Shown piece by piece: positions 24,839 through 33,244 of a stretch of 64,000 nt of DNA. Location of the stretch: positions 2,450 to 66,449 of the forward strand of contig CASFBF010000011.1 in assembly GCA_949292985.1 (NCBI GenBank). The letters are read 5' to 3'. A model generated the notes under the pieces. That model did not search any database. It was not told the DNA's origin and was given only the letters and a program-made list of their open reading frames with translations. The stretch is from an uncultured Bacillota bacterium. GTDB lineage: Bacteria; Bacillota; Clostridia; Christensenellales; UBA1242. Made by a program: the position numbers and the translations under genes. How positions within the stretch are numbered: position 1 is the first letter of the stretch; each line of letters begins with the position of its first letter.

Positions 24839-25813
24839 ATGCGAGGTATTTCAAAAAGTTTAATTGAATCAATAGCAAATTCAGATTATGCTGAATTTGC
24901 AGAAAACACTGAGGCAAAAGTAAGCACCTTGGTGTCGCTTGCCGTGGAAGATATGGCTTTTAGTATACCATTCGTTTCAACTCAAAAATGTATTTTGCAA
25001 CCGGTTAACGAAACTTTTAATGGCGCTGTTACAGCAGAAAGTGAATTTATGTATTTTTTGGGCTTCGATAGTCCACAGATTGAAATAAACTGTTTGCAAT
25101 ATAACGACTGGTGGAAAAAGTTTAAAGACAGAGTAGTTTTTGCTTGGAACAACTCAAAAAAGAAAAAGAAGAAAAAAAGAAAAAAAGGTCAAAAACAAGA
25201 GCAAGTTCCTCAATATGAATTTGACACCGAAAAATATAATATTGATTCGCTTAAAGACGATTTGCAAAAAGCGTTTGTTAAGAATTTAACTACAACAAGC
25301 ATTGTTTATAATCAGGACAGATGTTTAAGGGTTATTGGAAGAGATGAATTTGGCCCAAAAACACAAATATTTATATATCCTTGCTTATATGATAGTAGCG
25401 ATGGAACATATAAGTTTTTAATTAGCAGAAAAAAAGGTTTTTATAAAATAAACTTTACAAAGCGAGCAGAACTAATAAATCAAAAAATTGATGCTGTTGG
25501 TGTTAACTATATAAAAATGCTTAAAATTTTAAATACACTTTTTAGAACTTCATCAAAATATTCATATGCTCCAAACCAAATTTTTTTAGAAAGTTTGTTA
25601 TATGGCGTGCCAGATGAGTTTTATGTAGGCGACAGCATTTATGATGTATTTATAAAAATTGTTAATTATTTAAATTTAACTGATGTAAGCAATTTTAAAA
25701 GCATTTTAAATCCTGAAATTACTATATCACAGGATAAAGCAACAAAGTCAAATCAAATTGCTTTTACAAGATTTTTAAATTCTTTAAATGACATAAATAA
25801 ACAAATAAATTGA
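24839..25813 (+). CDS. hypothetical protein with a poly-Lys insert; possible degenerate nucleotidyltransferase-fold protein
   Basis: 324-aa ORF 20 nt after serS with an AGGAGG RBS. Contains NNSKKKKKKKRKKGQKQ. The C-terminal YIKMLKILNTLFR...IFLESLLYGVP resembles the helical domain of OAS/CD-NTase-like enzymes, but no GS...DxD catalytic motif is seen. Confidence 0.65.
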   Translation: MRGISKSLIESIANSDYAEFAENTEAKVSTLVSLAVEDMAFSIPFVSTQKCILQPVNETFNGAVTAESEFMYFLGFDSPQIEINCLQYNDWWKKFKDRVVFAWNNSKKKKKKKRKKGQKQEQVPQYEFDTEKYNIDSLKDDLQKAFVKNLTTTSIVYNQDRCLRVIGRDEFGPKTQIFIYPCLYDSSDGTYKFLISRKKGFYKINFTKRAELINQKIDAVGVNYIKMLKILNTLFRTSSKYSYAPNQIFLESLLYGVPDEFYVGDSIYDVFIKIVNYLNLTDVSNFKSILNPEITISQDKATKSNQIAFTRFLNSLNDINKQIN

Positions 25814-25821
25814 TTTTTATG

Positions 25822-25865
25822 CAAAATATTATGTTATGAAAAAATAACATAATATTTTGTTTTTT
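25822..25865 (+). terminator. intrinsic terminator containing palindrome family copy P6
   Basis: CAAAATATTATGTTAT-GAAAAA-ATAACATAATATTTTG (16-bp stem) followed by T6. Confidence 0.8.
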
Positions 25866-25885
25866 ACTGGTATTATGTGCATATT

Positions 25886-25913
25886 TATGCGCAAAACCTG
25901 TCTTTTGCGCATA
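25886..25913. repeat. inverted repeat TATGCGCAAAA-CCTGTC-TTTTGCGCATA
   Basis: 11-bp perfect arms. It shares the 11-mer ATTTATGCGCA with the left edge of the rny terminator module near 28534. Confidence 0.7.
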
Positions 25914-25932
25914 GATACGGGTGTTTAGATTT

Positions 25933-25958
25933 GGGGTATTATGTCTTCATAATACCCC
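25933..25958. repeat. palindrome family copy P7: GGGGTATTATG-TCTT-CATAATACCCC
   Basis: 11-bp perfect arms, 9 nt upstream of the -35 element of the PadR-like gene promoter. Confidence 0.8.
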
Positions 25959-25967
25959 CTATTTTTG

Positions 25968-25996
25968 TTGACATAATAGTTTTAATTAAGTATAAT
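25968..25996 (+). promoter_or_regulatory. consensus sigma-A promoter of the PadR-like gene
   Basis: TTGACA (25968-25973), a 17-nt spacer, then TATAAT (25991-25996). It lies inside the 5' extension of the tracked ORF, which argues for the ATG at 26021. Confidence 0.75.
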
Positions 25997-26020
25997 GTTG
26001 TTATAAAGGAAGAAATTGTT

Positions 26021-27727
26021 ATGGAAGTTTTAGCAAAAGGACAACTTTCCTACATGATACTCTCCTGCTTATGTGAGAGAGATATGTATGGGCTTGAACT
26101 TATTGAAGAAATTAAAAGTAGATTTGGAAGAGAAATTAAACTTCCAAGTTTGTATTCAAACATTAACAGAATGAAGGAATTGAAATACATATCTTCATAC
26201 TTGAAAGAAAGCACCAAAGGTCCAAAATGTTCTTATTCCAGCATTACAGAGGCTGGCAGAGCGGCTTTGGAAAGTTTAAAACAGGATTTTAAAGGCATCA
26301 GCGTTGTTAAACCTGTGGAGCAAAATAAAGTTGTTGAAGAAAAACCAACTCAGCAATATTCCCCTATTTCGTCTTTTAACGAAGAGCAAGATTTGGAAGA
26401 AGATATTCAGCAATCAGAAGATTATGACGATTACTTTAATCTTTCAGATGAGGAAGAAGATGAAAAACCTACTTTCGTTATGCAATCAAAGATTGATATA
26501 GATAATCTTGACGAAACAGAAGACGATATTGAACCAGAACAATCTTCTTATGAAGAAGATGACGAACAAATAAACGAGCCTGTTTTGCAGGAACAAGAAG
26601 AGCCAGAAGAAAAAGTGCAAGTTGAACAAATTTCAGAAACAATTTTGTCAAAGCCAGAAGAAAAAGAAGTTGAAATAAAACAAGAAACAGACTATATTTC
26701 TAGGCAGAATGCAGACGATTATAATCGCAAAGTATATGCTGCTGCAAAAGATTTTTCTAGAAACAGAAATAAGCGTTCTTATTCAGATAATCAAATTGAA
26801 CTTGCCCTTTCCACTACCCCTGCGAGAACAGAAGAAAACAAAATGCAGGATTTAACAGAACTTAAAACCGCTCTCTTGCAGTCAAGACAGGGGCATTATC
26901 AAGAAATAGATTCTTATAATTTCAGACAAGAAAAACAGCAAGAAGTTGTTGAACCTGTTGTTCAGTCAAAACCTGTAAAAGAAGAGCAAAAAGATGATGG
27001 CGTTTTCATTACTGACAGGCTTCCTGAACAAGATATTCCAAAACCTAAAAGAATTGAACCACCAAGACTTAACATTACAATTTCTGGCGGGTTTGATAGA
27101 GAGCGAAATTTGCCAGCACCAAAACGCAATGTGGCTGTTGACCCTACTTGCAGTGATGTAAAGGCTAAACTCGAAAAACTTTATGCAAAAGCAGAAGTTA
27201 AAAAGCAACCAGTTGTAGAAACAGATTTTGAAACTTATGACGATTTGAAAGAATATTATGCTTCGCAAGAGGTTGAATTTAAGGTTTATGAAAGACCTGA
27301 AAGAAGACCAAAGCACAATACCAACCTTTTAAAACTTTATGTAAGTTTGTTTGTGTTTGGTATGATAAGCGTAGGCAGTGGTTTAATGTATTTGATATTT
27401 AGCCTTTGTGGAGTTACGCAGGCTCAAACCAATTTTGTATACTATCTATTCCCTATTTTAGCGGCAGTTTATGTGCTCTATCAGTTCTACAACTATAAAA
27501 CCACTGTAAGCAAAATTCCATCACAGATTTGGAATCCAGCAATTGTATGGACGATATTTGCACTTTTAATAGCAGTTATTTTCTTACTTAATTATGTATG
27601 TGGTGTATCATTTAATGAAGTAACAACATATTTTTCAACAATTCTCTTCCCTATTTATGTTTCGGCTTGTGCAACGCTTGGATTGTATTATGCTCAAATA
27701 TTTGCTTTAAGAAAATTTTGGAAATAA
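26021..27727 (+). CDS. PadR-like winged-helix domain fused to a long acidic linker and a C-terminal 4-TM domain
   Basis: N-terminus LSYMILSCLCERDMYGLELIEEIK...PSLYSNINRMKELKYI...YSSITEAGRAAL fits the PadR pattern. A D/E/Q-rich region of about 350 aa follows. The last roughly 130 aa form four hydrophobic helices. The start is at ATG 26021, after AAGGAAG. Confidence 0.75.
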   Translation: MEVLAKGQLSYMILSCLCERDMYGLELIEEIKSRFGREIKLPSLYSNINRMKELKYISSYLKESTKGPKCSYSSITEAGRAALESLKQDFKGISVVKPVEQNKVVEEKPTQQYSPISSFNEEQDLEEDIQQSEDYDDYFNLSDEEEDEKPTFVMQSKIDIDNLDETEDDIEPEQSSYEEDDEQINEPVLQEQEEPEEKVQVEQISETILSKPEEKEVEIKQETDYISRQNADDYNRKVYAAAKDFSRNRNKRSYSDNQIELALSTTPARTEENKMQDLTELKTALLQSRQGHYQEIDSYNFRQEKQQEVVEPVVQSKPVKEEQKDDGVFITDRLPEQDIPKPKRIEPPRLNITISGGFDRERNLPAPKRNVAVDPTCSDVKAKLEKLYAKAEVKKQPVVETDFETYDDLKEYYASQEVEFKVYERPERRPKHNTNLLKLYVSLFVFGMISVGSGLMYLIFSLCGVTQAQTNFVYYLFPILAAVYVLYQFYNYKTTVSKIPSQIWNPAIVWTIFALLIAVIFLLNYVCGVSFNEVTTYFSTILFPIYVSACATLGLYYAQIFALRKFWK

Positions 27728-27788
27728 ATGAATAATATTTAAAATATGGCACACTATAATTAAAAGGTCGACAGTGAGCGACCGTTCG

Positions 27789-27831
27789 AAGAAAGAAACG
27801 AAGTAAGTAATTAGTCGTTTCTTTCTTTTTT
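27789..27831 (+). terminator. intrinsic terminator after the PadR-like gene
   Basis: AAGAAAGAAACG pairs with CGTTTCTTTCTT across a 15-nt loop, followed by a T run. Confidence 0.6.
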
Positions 27832-27907
27832 ATGAATATTTTTCAATTTGTGAGACATGATATTTTTAGGGCCATTCTTATGGCTCAGAAATAAAAGAAG
27901 AGCAATG

Positions 27908-28495
27908 TTACGTTTTGCTCTTCTTTTTTATTTTATTTATAAGCATTTTTACAATTTCATATATTGCAAACAATGCAACAATTATAAGAGAAGCCAAAAG
28001 TACTATAAGTTCTGAGCCTTGGAAAAACAAGCAAATTATTAATATAATTGAGCATGAAATTAAACTTCCAATGGATATTGGAATGAAACTTAGCCAAGGC
28101 GAAAGTTTAGTTAATCCTGCAATAATACTTCCTGACCAAACCCCAGTCATTGGTAATGGTATGGCTACAAATCCACCCAGCAATATTAGTTTTTTAATTG
28201 TTGATGATTGAGAAGATAATTTATTTAATTTAGAATTATATTTTTCTTGAACAAACCCAGTAAAGAAACGGTTTTTTATTTTGCGTGTTAAAAAAATTAT
28301 TGGCAATGATGGTATTATACTTCCCACAAAGCCACATATTAACGCCCAATACCACGGCAGAACATTTAGTCCAAGCAAAGAAGAACTAAGCGCAAACGGA
28401 ATTGCTATACGCCCTTCAAGTGCAGGAATAATTGCTATTATTATAACTGCAAGCCAAATGTTGTTTGCAAAAAAATCAGCAAAATTCTCTAAAAT
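27908..28495 (-). CDS. small multidrug export family membrane protein (COG2426/PF06695-like), probable ATT start
   Basis: The track ORF begins at TTG 28378. However, the in-frame upstream sequence encodes ILENFADFFANNIWLAVIIIAIIPALEGRIAIPFAL, and the P-x-x-E-x-R-x-x-IP helix is characteristic of this family. An in-frame stop lies at 28511-28513. AAGAGGTG then TCAC precede ATT at 28495. AIPLPMTGVWSGS also matches the family. Confidence 0.7.
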   Translation of the reverse strand: MLENFADFFANNIWLAVIIIAIIPALEGRIAIPFALSSSLLGLNVLPWYWALICGFVGSIIPSLPIIFLTRKIKNRFFTGFVQEKYNSKLNKLSSQSSTIKKLILLGGFVAIPLPMTGVWSGSIIAGLTKLSPWLSFIPISIGSLISCSIILIICLFFQGSELIVLLASLIIVALFAIYEIVKMLINKIKKKSKT

Positions 28496-28539
28496 GTGAC
28501 ACCTCTTATTCTAACATATTCTTATGAGCGAGGATTTAT

Positions 28540-28624
28540 GCGCATGAACATTTGCGCCTTATGGCGCAAATAAAAACCTCACCACACAGGTGAGGTTTTG
28601 TTTTCGGAGAAAACATTCATGCGC
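28540..28624 (-). terminator. closed three-hairpin terminator module (copy 1) immediately after the rny stop
   Basis: Outer 9-bp helix GCGCATGAA (28540-28548) / TTCATGCGC (28616-28624). Inner hairpins at 28550-28571, 28573-28599 (AAAACCTCAC...GTGAGGTTTT, terminator-like) and 28600-28614. The rny stop is at 28626-28628. Confidence 0.7.
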
Positions 28625-28625
28625 C

Positions 28626-30212
28626 CTATTTGGCTGTTTCAGAAAATCTGCTTTCTCTAATAACATTAACTTTAATTTGACCAGGATATTGCATTTCGTC
28701 TTCAATTTTCTTAGCAATATCTTTTGCAAGGAACATTGCATCGTTGTCAGAAATTTCTTCTGGTTTAACAATAATTCTGACTTCTCTTCCCGCCTGAACT
28801 GCAAAAGCCTTATCAACGCCCTTAAATGAGTTGGATATTTCTTCAAGTTGTTGCAAACGCTTAATGTAAGCCTCAAAACTTTCTCTTCTTGCCCCAGGTC
28901 TGCTACTTGAAATAGCGTCGGCTATTTGAACAATAACAGCCTCAACTGATTTAAATTCAACATTAAAATGGTGTGCTTCAATACAATGTATTACAGCAGG
29001 ATTTTCTTTATATTTTGTTGCAAGGTCAACACCGATTTGAACATGTGTGCCTTCAATTTCATGATCGAGAGCCTTTCCTATATCGTGTAACAATCCACCG
29101 CGTTTTGCTATATTTGCATCGGCACCAAGTTCTGTTGCAATTTGACCTGCCAAAATCGCAGTTTCAATACTATGCTTTAAGCAATTTTGCCCATAACTTG
29201 TTCTAAATTTCAGTCTACCCAATATTTTAACAAGTTCAGGATGCAAGTTATAAATTCCAACTTCTTCGCAAGCATCATCACCTGCTTCTTTGATTGACTT
29301 GTCAACTTCTTTGGTCATTTTTTCAACTATTTCTTCTATTCTTGTTGGGTGAATTCTTCCATCAACAATAAGTTTTTCAAGACTTAACCTTGCTATTTCT
29401 CTTCTAATTGGGTCAAATGAAGAAACGGTTATGCTTTCAGGTGTATCGTCTACAATAAGTTCTACGCCCGTTGCACTTTCAATTGCACGGATGTTCCTTC
29501 CTTCTCTACCAATAATTCTTCCTTTCATTTCGTCTGTTGGAAGTGGAACAACCGAAACTGTCATTTCAGTTGAAAGATCTGTTGCGCATTTTTGAATTGC
29601 TGATGCAACAATATCCCTTGCTTTTTTGTCGCCTTCTTCTTTTGCTTCATCTTCAATTCGTTTGATTATAAGGCCCGCTTCTTTCTTTGCTTCTTCGGTC
29701 ATGCTGGAAACCAACATGTTTTTGGCGTCTTGCTTTGTCATGCCACTTATTTTTTCAAGTTTTTCAAGCATGTCAGATTTAATCTGTTGTTGCTGTTCTA
29801 TTTCATCATTTAGTTTTGTTTTGTATTCTTCAATTTTCTTTTTATCTTCTTCAATTTGTTCGCTTTTTCTATCCAAAGAAAGTTCTTTATTTTCAATAAA
29901 TTTTTCTCTTTCGGTTAATCTTTCCTCAGATTTCTGAATTTCGCTTCGTCTTTCTTTTAACTCTGCTTCAACTTCTTCTCTATATTTGTGACTTGCCTCT
30001 TTTGCTTCAAGTGAGGCTTCTTTTTTTATGGTCTTTGCTTCTGCATATGCCTCTTCGATAATTCGAACAGCGTTCGATTTATTTTTACCGAGTTTTTTTG
30101 TTGCAATCAATTTATACAAACCTATTCCACCGCCAATACCAACGGCAAAACATGCTAACGCAATTACAACGGCAATAGCAGGAGCAACAACGCCTAATAC
30201 GCTTATGCTCAT
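28626..30212 (-). CDS. rny: ribonuclease Y
   Basis: 528-aa protein: N-terminal TM helix, long K/E coiled coil, KH domain (GREGRNIRA), and HD domain (LLHDIGKA). Confidence 0.96.
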   Translation of the reverse strand: MSISVLGVVAPAIAVVIALACFAVGIGGGIGLYKLIATKKLGKNKSNAVRIIEEAYAEAKTIKKEASLEAKEASHKYREEVEAELKERRSEIQKSEERLTEREKFIENKELSLDRKSEQIEEDKKKIEEYKTKLNDEIEQQQQIKSDMLEKLEKISGMTKQDAKNMLVSSMTEEAKKEAGLIIKRIEDEAKEEGDKKARDIVASAIQKCATDLSTEMTVSVVPLPTDEMKGRIIGREGRNIRAIESATGVELIVDDTPESITVSSFDPIRREIARLSLEKLIVDGRIHPTRIEEIVEKMTKEVDKSIKEAGDDACEEVGIYNLHPELVKILGRLKFRTSYGQNCLKHSIETAILAGQIATELGADANIAKRGGLLHDIGKALDHEIEGTHVQIGVDLATKYKENPAVIHCIEAHHFNVEFKSVEAVIVQIADAISSSRPGARRESFEAYIKRLQQLEEISNSFKGVDKAFAVQAGREVRIIVKPEEISDNDAMFLAKDIAKKIEDEMQYPGQIKVNVIRESRFSETAK

Positions 30213-30261
30213 ACTTTTACCCCTCTTTTAAAATCTATGGAAACCAATATTCCACATTTAA

Positions 30262-30290
30262 AGTATACTTATTTTTTATTGACAAGTCAA
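30262..30290 (-). promoter_or_regulatory. sigma-A-type promoter of rny
   Basis: The minus strand has TTGACT (30290-30285), a 17-nt spacer, then TATACT (30267-30262). Confidence 0.65.
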
Positions 30291-30353
30291 ATTATTTTAA
30301 ATACATGATAAAATTTAACTTAGAATTAAATTTATTTTATTTCACAAAACCAC

Positions 30354-30434
30354 GCATGCGAAGTTTGCCTTTGGCAAACAAAAAAAAGCCGTTAAGGCTT
30401 TTTTCATTTTGGCTTTGCCAAAATATTCGCATGC
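30354..30434 (-). terminator. closed three-hairpin terminator module (copy 2) immediately after the tgt stop
   Basis: Outer 9-bp helix GCATGCGAA (30354-30362) / TTCGCATGC (30426-30434). Inner hairpins at 30363-30379, 30382-30404 (AAAAAAGCC-GTTAA-GGCTTTTTT) and 30406-30424. The tgt stop is at 30435-30437. Confidence 0.7.
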
Positions 30435-31592
<1,158 letters not shown>

Positions 31593-31598
31593 TTAACA

Positions 31599-32627
31599 TT
31601 ATTTAAAGAAGCAAGCATCTCCAAAACTAAAAAATCTGTATTTTTGTTTTACGGCTTCTTCATAAACTTTTATTGTTTCATCTCTGCCTATAAATGCGCT
31701 TACAAGCATTATTAAAGTGCTTTCTGGTAAGTGAAAATTGGTTATAAGCGCATCAACTGCTTTGAATTTATAAGACGGATAAATAAATATGTTTGTGTTT
31801 GTTTTCATAGGCACAAACAAACCATTTTCATTACACGAAGTTTCTAACACCCTTACACTTGTTGTTCCAACTGCTATAATTCTTTTGCCATTCTTCTTTG
31901 CTTTGTTTAAAATGTCGGCATTTTGCTCGCTCATCTCAATAAACTCTGAGTGCATTTCGTGTTTTAAAATATTATCTTCCTTAACTGGTCTAAATGTTCC
32001 CAGCCCTACATGCAAAAGTACTTCAACTATTTGCACTCCTTTATCTTTTATTCTTTGCAAAAGTTCTGGTGTAAAATGTAAACCTGCTGTTGGAGCAGCG
32101 GAAGAGCCTTCTATTTTACTGTAAACTGTTTGATAGCGTTCACTATCTTTTAATTTTTCTTTTATATATGGTGGAAGTGGAACTGTTCCAACTTCGCTAA
32201 GCCTATGTTCAAAAGTTCCATCATAGTCGAAACAAACCTTGACTAAGCCATAATCGCCTTTTTCTTTTATTATGCAAGATAAGTGTTGGCTGAAAGTAAC
32301 TTTATCCCCTTCTTTTAGGCGTTTTGTTGGTCTTGCGATGCATTCCCAGTTTTTTAAATCTATTCTTTTTTGTAAAAGAATTTCTATTTTTGCACCAGTA
32401 TCTTTATATCCAAATAATCTTGCTGGTAACACACGAGTGTTGTTTATAACAAGCACATCTTTTTCAGTTAAATAATCGATTATGTCATGAAAAATTTTAT
32501 GCTCAATTTTGCCTGTTTTTTTATCATAAACAAGGAGCCTAGAACTATCTCTTGGTTCTATCGGTGTTTGAGCAATAAGTTCTGGTGGTAAGTCATAGTG
32601 ATACGAATTTTTATTTAATAAATCCAT
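31599..32627 (-). CDS. queA: S-adenosylmethionine:tRNA ribosyltransferase-isomerase
   Basis: 342-aa protein: YDLPPELIAQTPIEPRDSSRLLV...AAPTAGLHFT...GTTSVR. Confidence 0.96.
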   Translation of the reverse strand: MDLLNKNSYHYDLPPELIAQTPIEPRDSSRLLVYDKKTGKIEHKIFHDIIDYLTEKDVLVINNTRVLPARLFGYKDTGAKIEILLQKRIDLKNWECIARPTKRLKEGDKVTFSQHLSCIIKEKGDYGLVKVCFDYDGTFEHRLSEVGTVPLPPYIKEKLKDSERYQTVYSKIEGSSAAPTAGLHFTPELLQRIKDKGVQIVEVLLHVGLGTFRPVKEDNILKHEMHSEFIEMSEQNADILNKAKKNGKRIIAVGTTSVRVLETSCNENGLFVPMKTNTNIFIYPSYKFKAVDALITNFHLPESTLIMLVSAFIGRDETIKVYEEAVKQKYRFFSFGDACFFK

Positions 32628-33225
32628 TTTTAGTGTTCCGTTTTGAAAAATTTAGTTCTGGTAATTTACAATAAGACATATTATTTTTGTAGAATGTAGT
32701 TGGCATTAATTGGAAATAATAATAATCATAATACTTATTCTTTAATTTTATAAAATTTTTTATTGTGCCTACTTTTTTAAAACCAATTTTTAATACGCTT
32801 TTTATAGAAGGTAAATTATAAGAATGAATTCTTGCAACAATTGTTCTCATGTGCAAAAAAGTAAAGGCAATGTCACATATGAGTTTAAGTGCTTCGGTTC
32901 CGTATCCTTTTGATCGGTTTTCTAAATCACCTATAAATCCACTCACTCTGCAAGTTTGATTCATCCAATCAATTTTATTTAATGAATAAAGACCTAATGG
33001 CTTATTGTCTTGTTTTCTTATTACCTCAAAACGCATTTCGTTATTTTTTATATATTCTTCTAATTTTTCTCTAGTAGTTTGTTCTGTATAAAATTTTCTT
33101 AATCCATCTTTGCTATACATTCTTGCTATATCAATATCATTAAACCACTTTGTAAAATATTTTGTGTCGTTTATTTCAATCGGAGAGAAATATATTTTTT
33201 CCTCTTCTATAATTTTACTATACAT
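32611..33225 (-). CDS. GNAT family N-acetyltransferase (RimJ/RimL-like)
   Basis: Start at MYSKII (33225) after AAGGAG. Contains the acetyl-CoA-binding context GYGTEALKLICDIAF. It overlaps the queA start by 17 nt. Confidence 0.85.
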   Translation of the reverse strand: MYSKIIEEEKIYFSPIEINDTKYFTKWFNDIDIARMYSKDGLRKFYTEQTTREKLEEYIKNNEMRFEVIRKQDNKPLGLYSLNKIDWMNQTCRVSGFIGDLENRSKGYGTEALKLICDIAFTFLHMRTIVARIHSYNLPSIKSVLKIGFKKVGTIKNFIKLKNKYYDYYYFQLMPTTFYKNNMSYCKLPELNFSKRNTKNGFIK

Positions 33226-33244
33226 AATTTCTCCTTTATATAAA

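Noticed and set aside
25877-26020. 48-codon N-terminal extension of the PadR-like ORF (MHIYAQNLSF...).
   Set aside because: This stretch contains a perfect palindrome and a consensus TTGACA-17-TATAAT promoter. ATG 26021 has an RBS and begins exactly at the PadR domain.
27755-27831. A possible small RNA: a TATAAT-like hexamer at 27755-27760, hairpin GGTCG...CGACC (27766-27783), and a terminator hairpin.
   Set aside because: No acceptable -35 element is present. The hairpins are most simply the terminator region of the PadR-like gene, which ends at 27727.
30354-30434. The cloverleaf-like shape of the three-hairpin modules suggested a tRNA-like or other ncRNA gene.
   Set aside because: The arms are 6-10 bp with 3-7-nt loops. 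There are no D-loop or T-loop consensus sequences and no anticodon-type 7-nt loop. The position directly after stop codons, with an internal U-tract hairpin, fits a 3' UTR/terminator element better.
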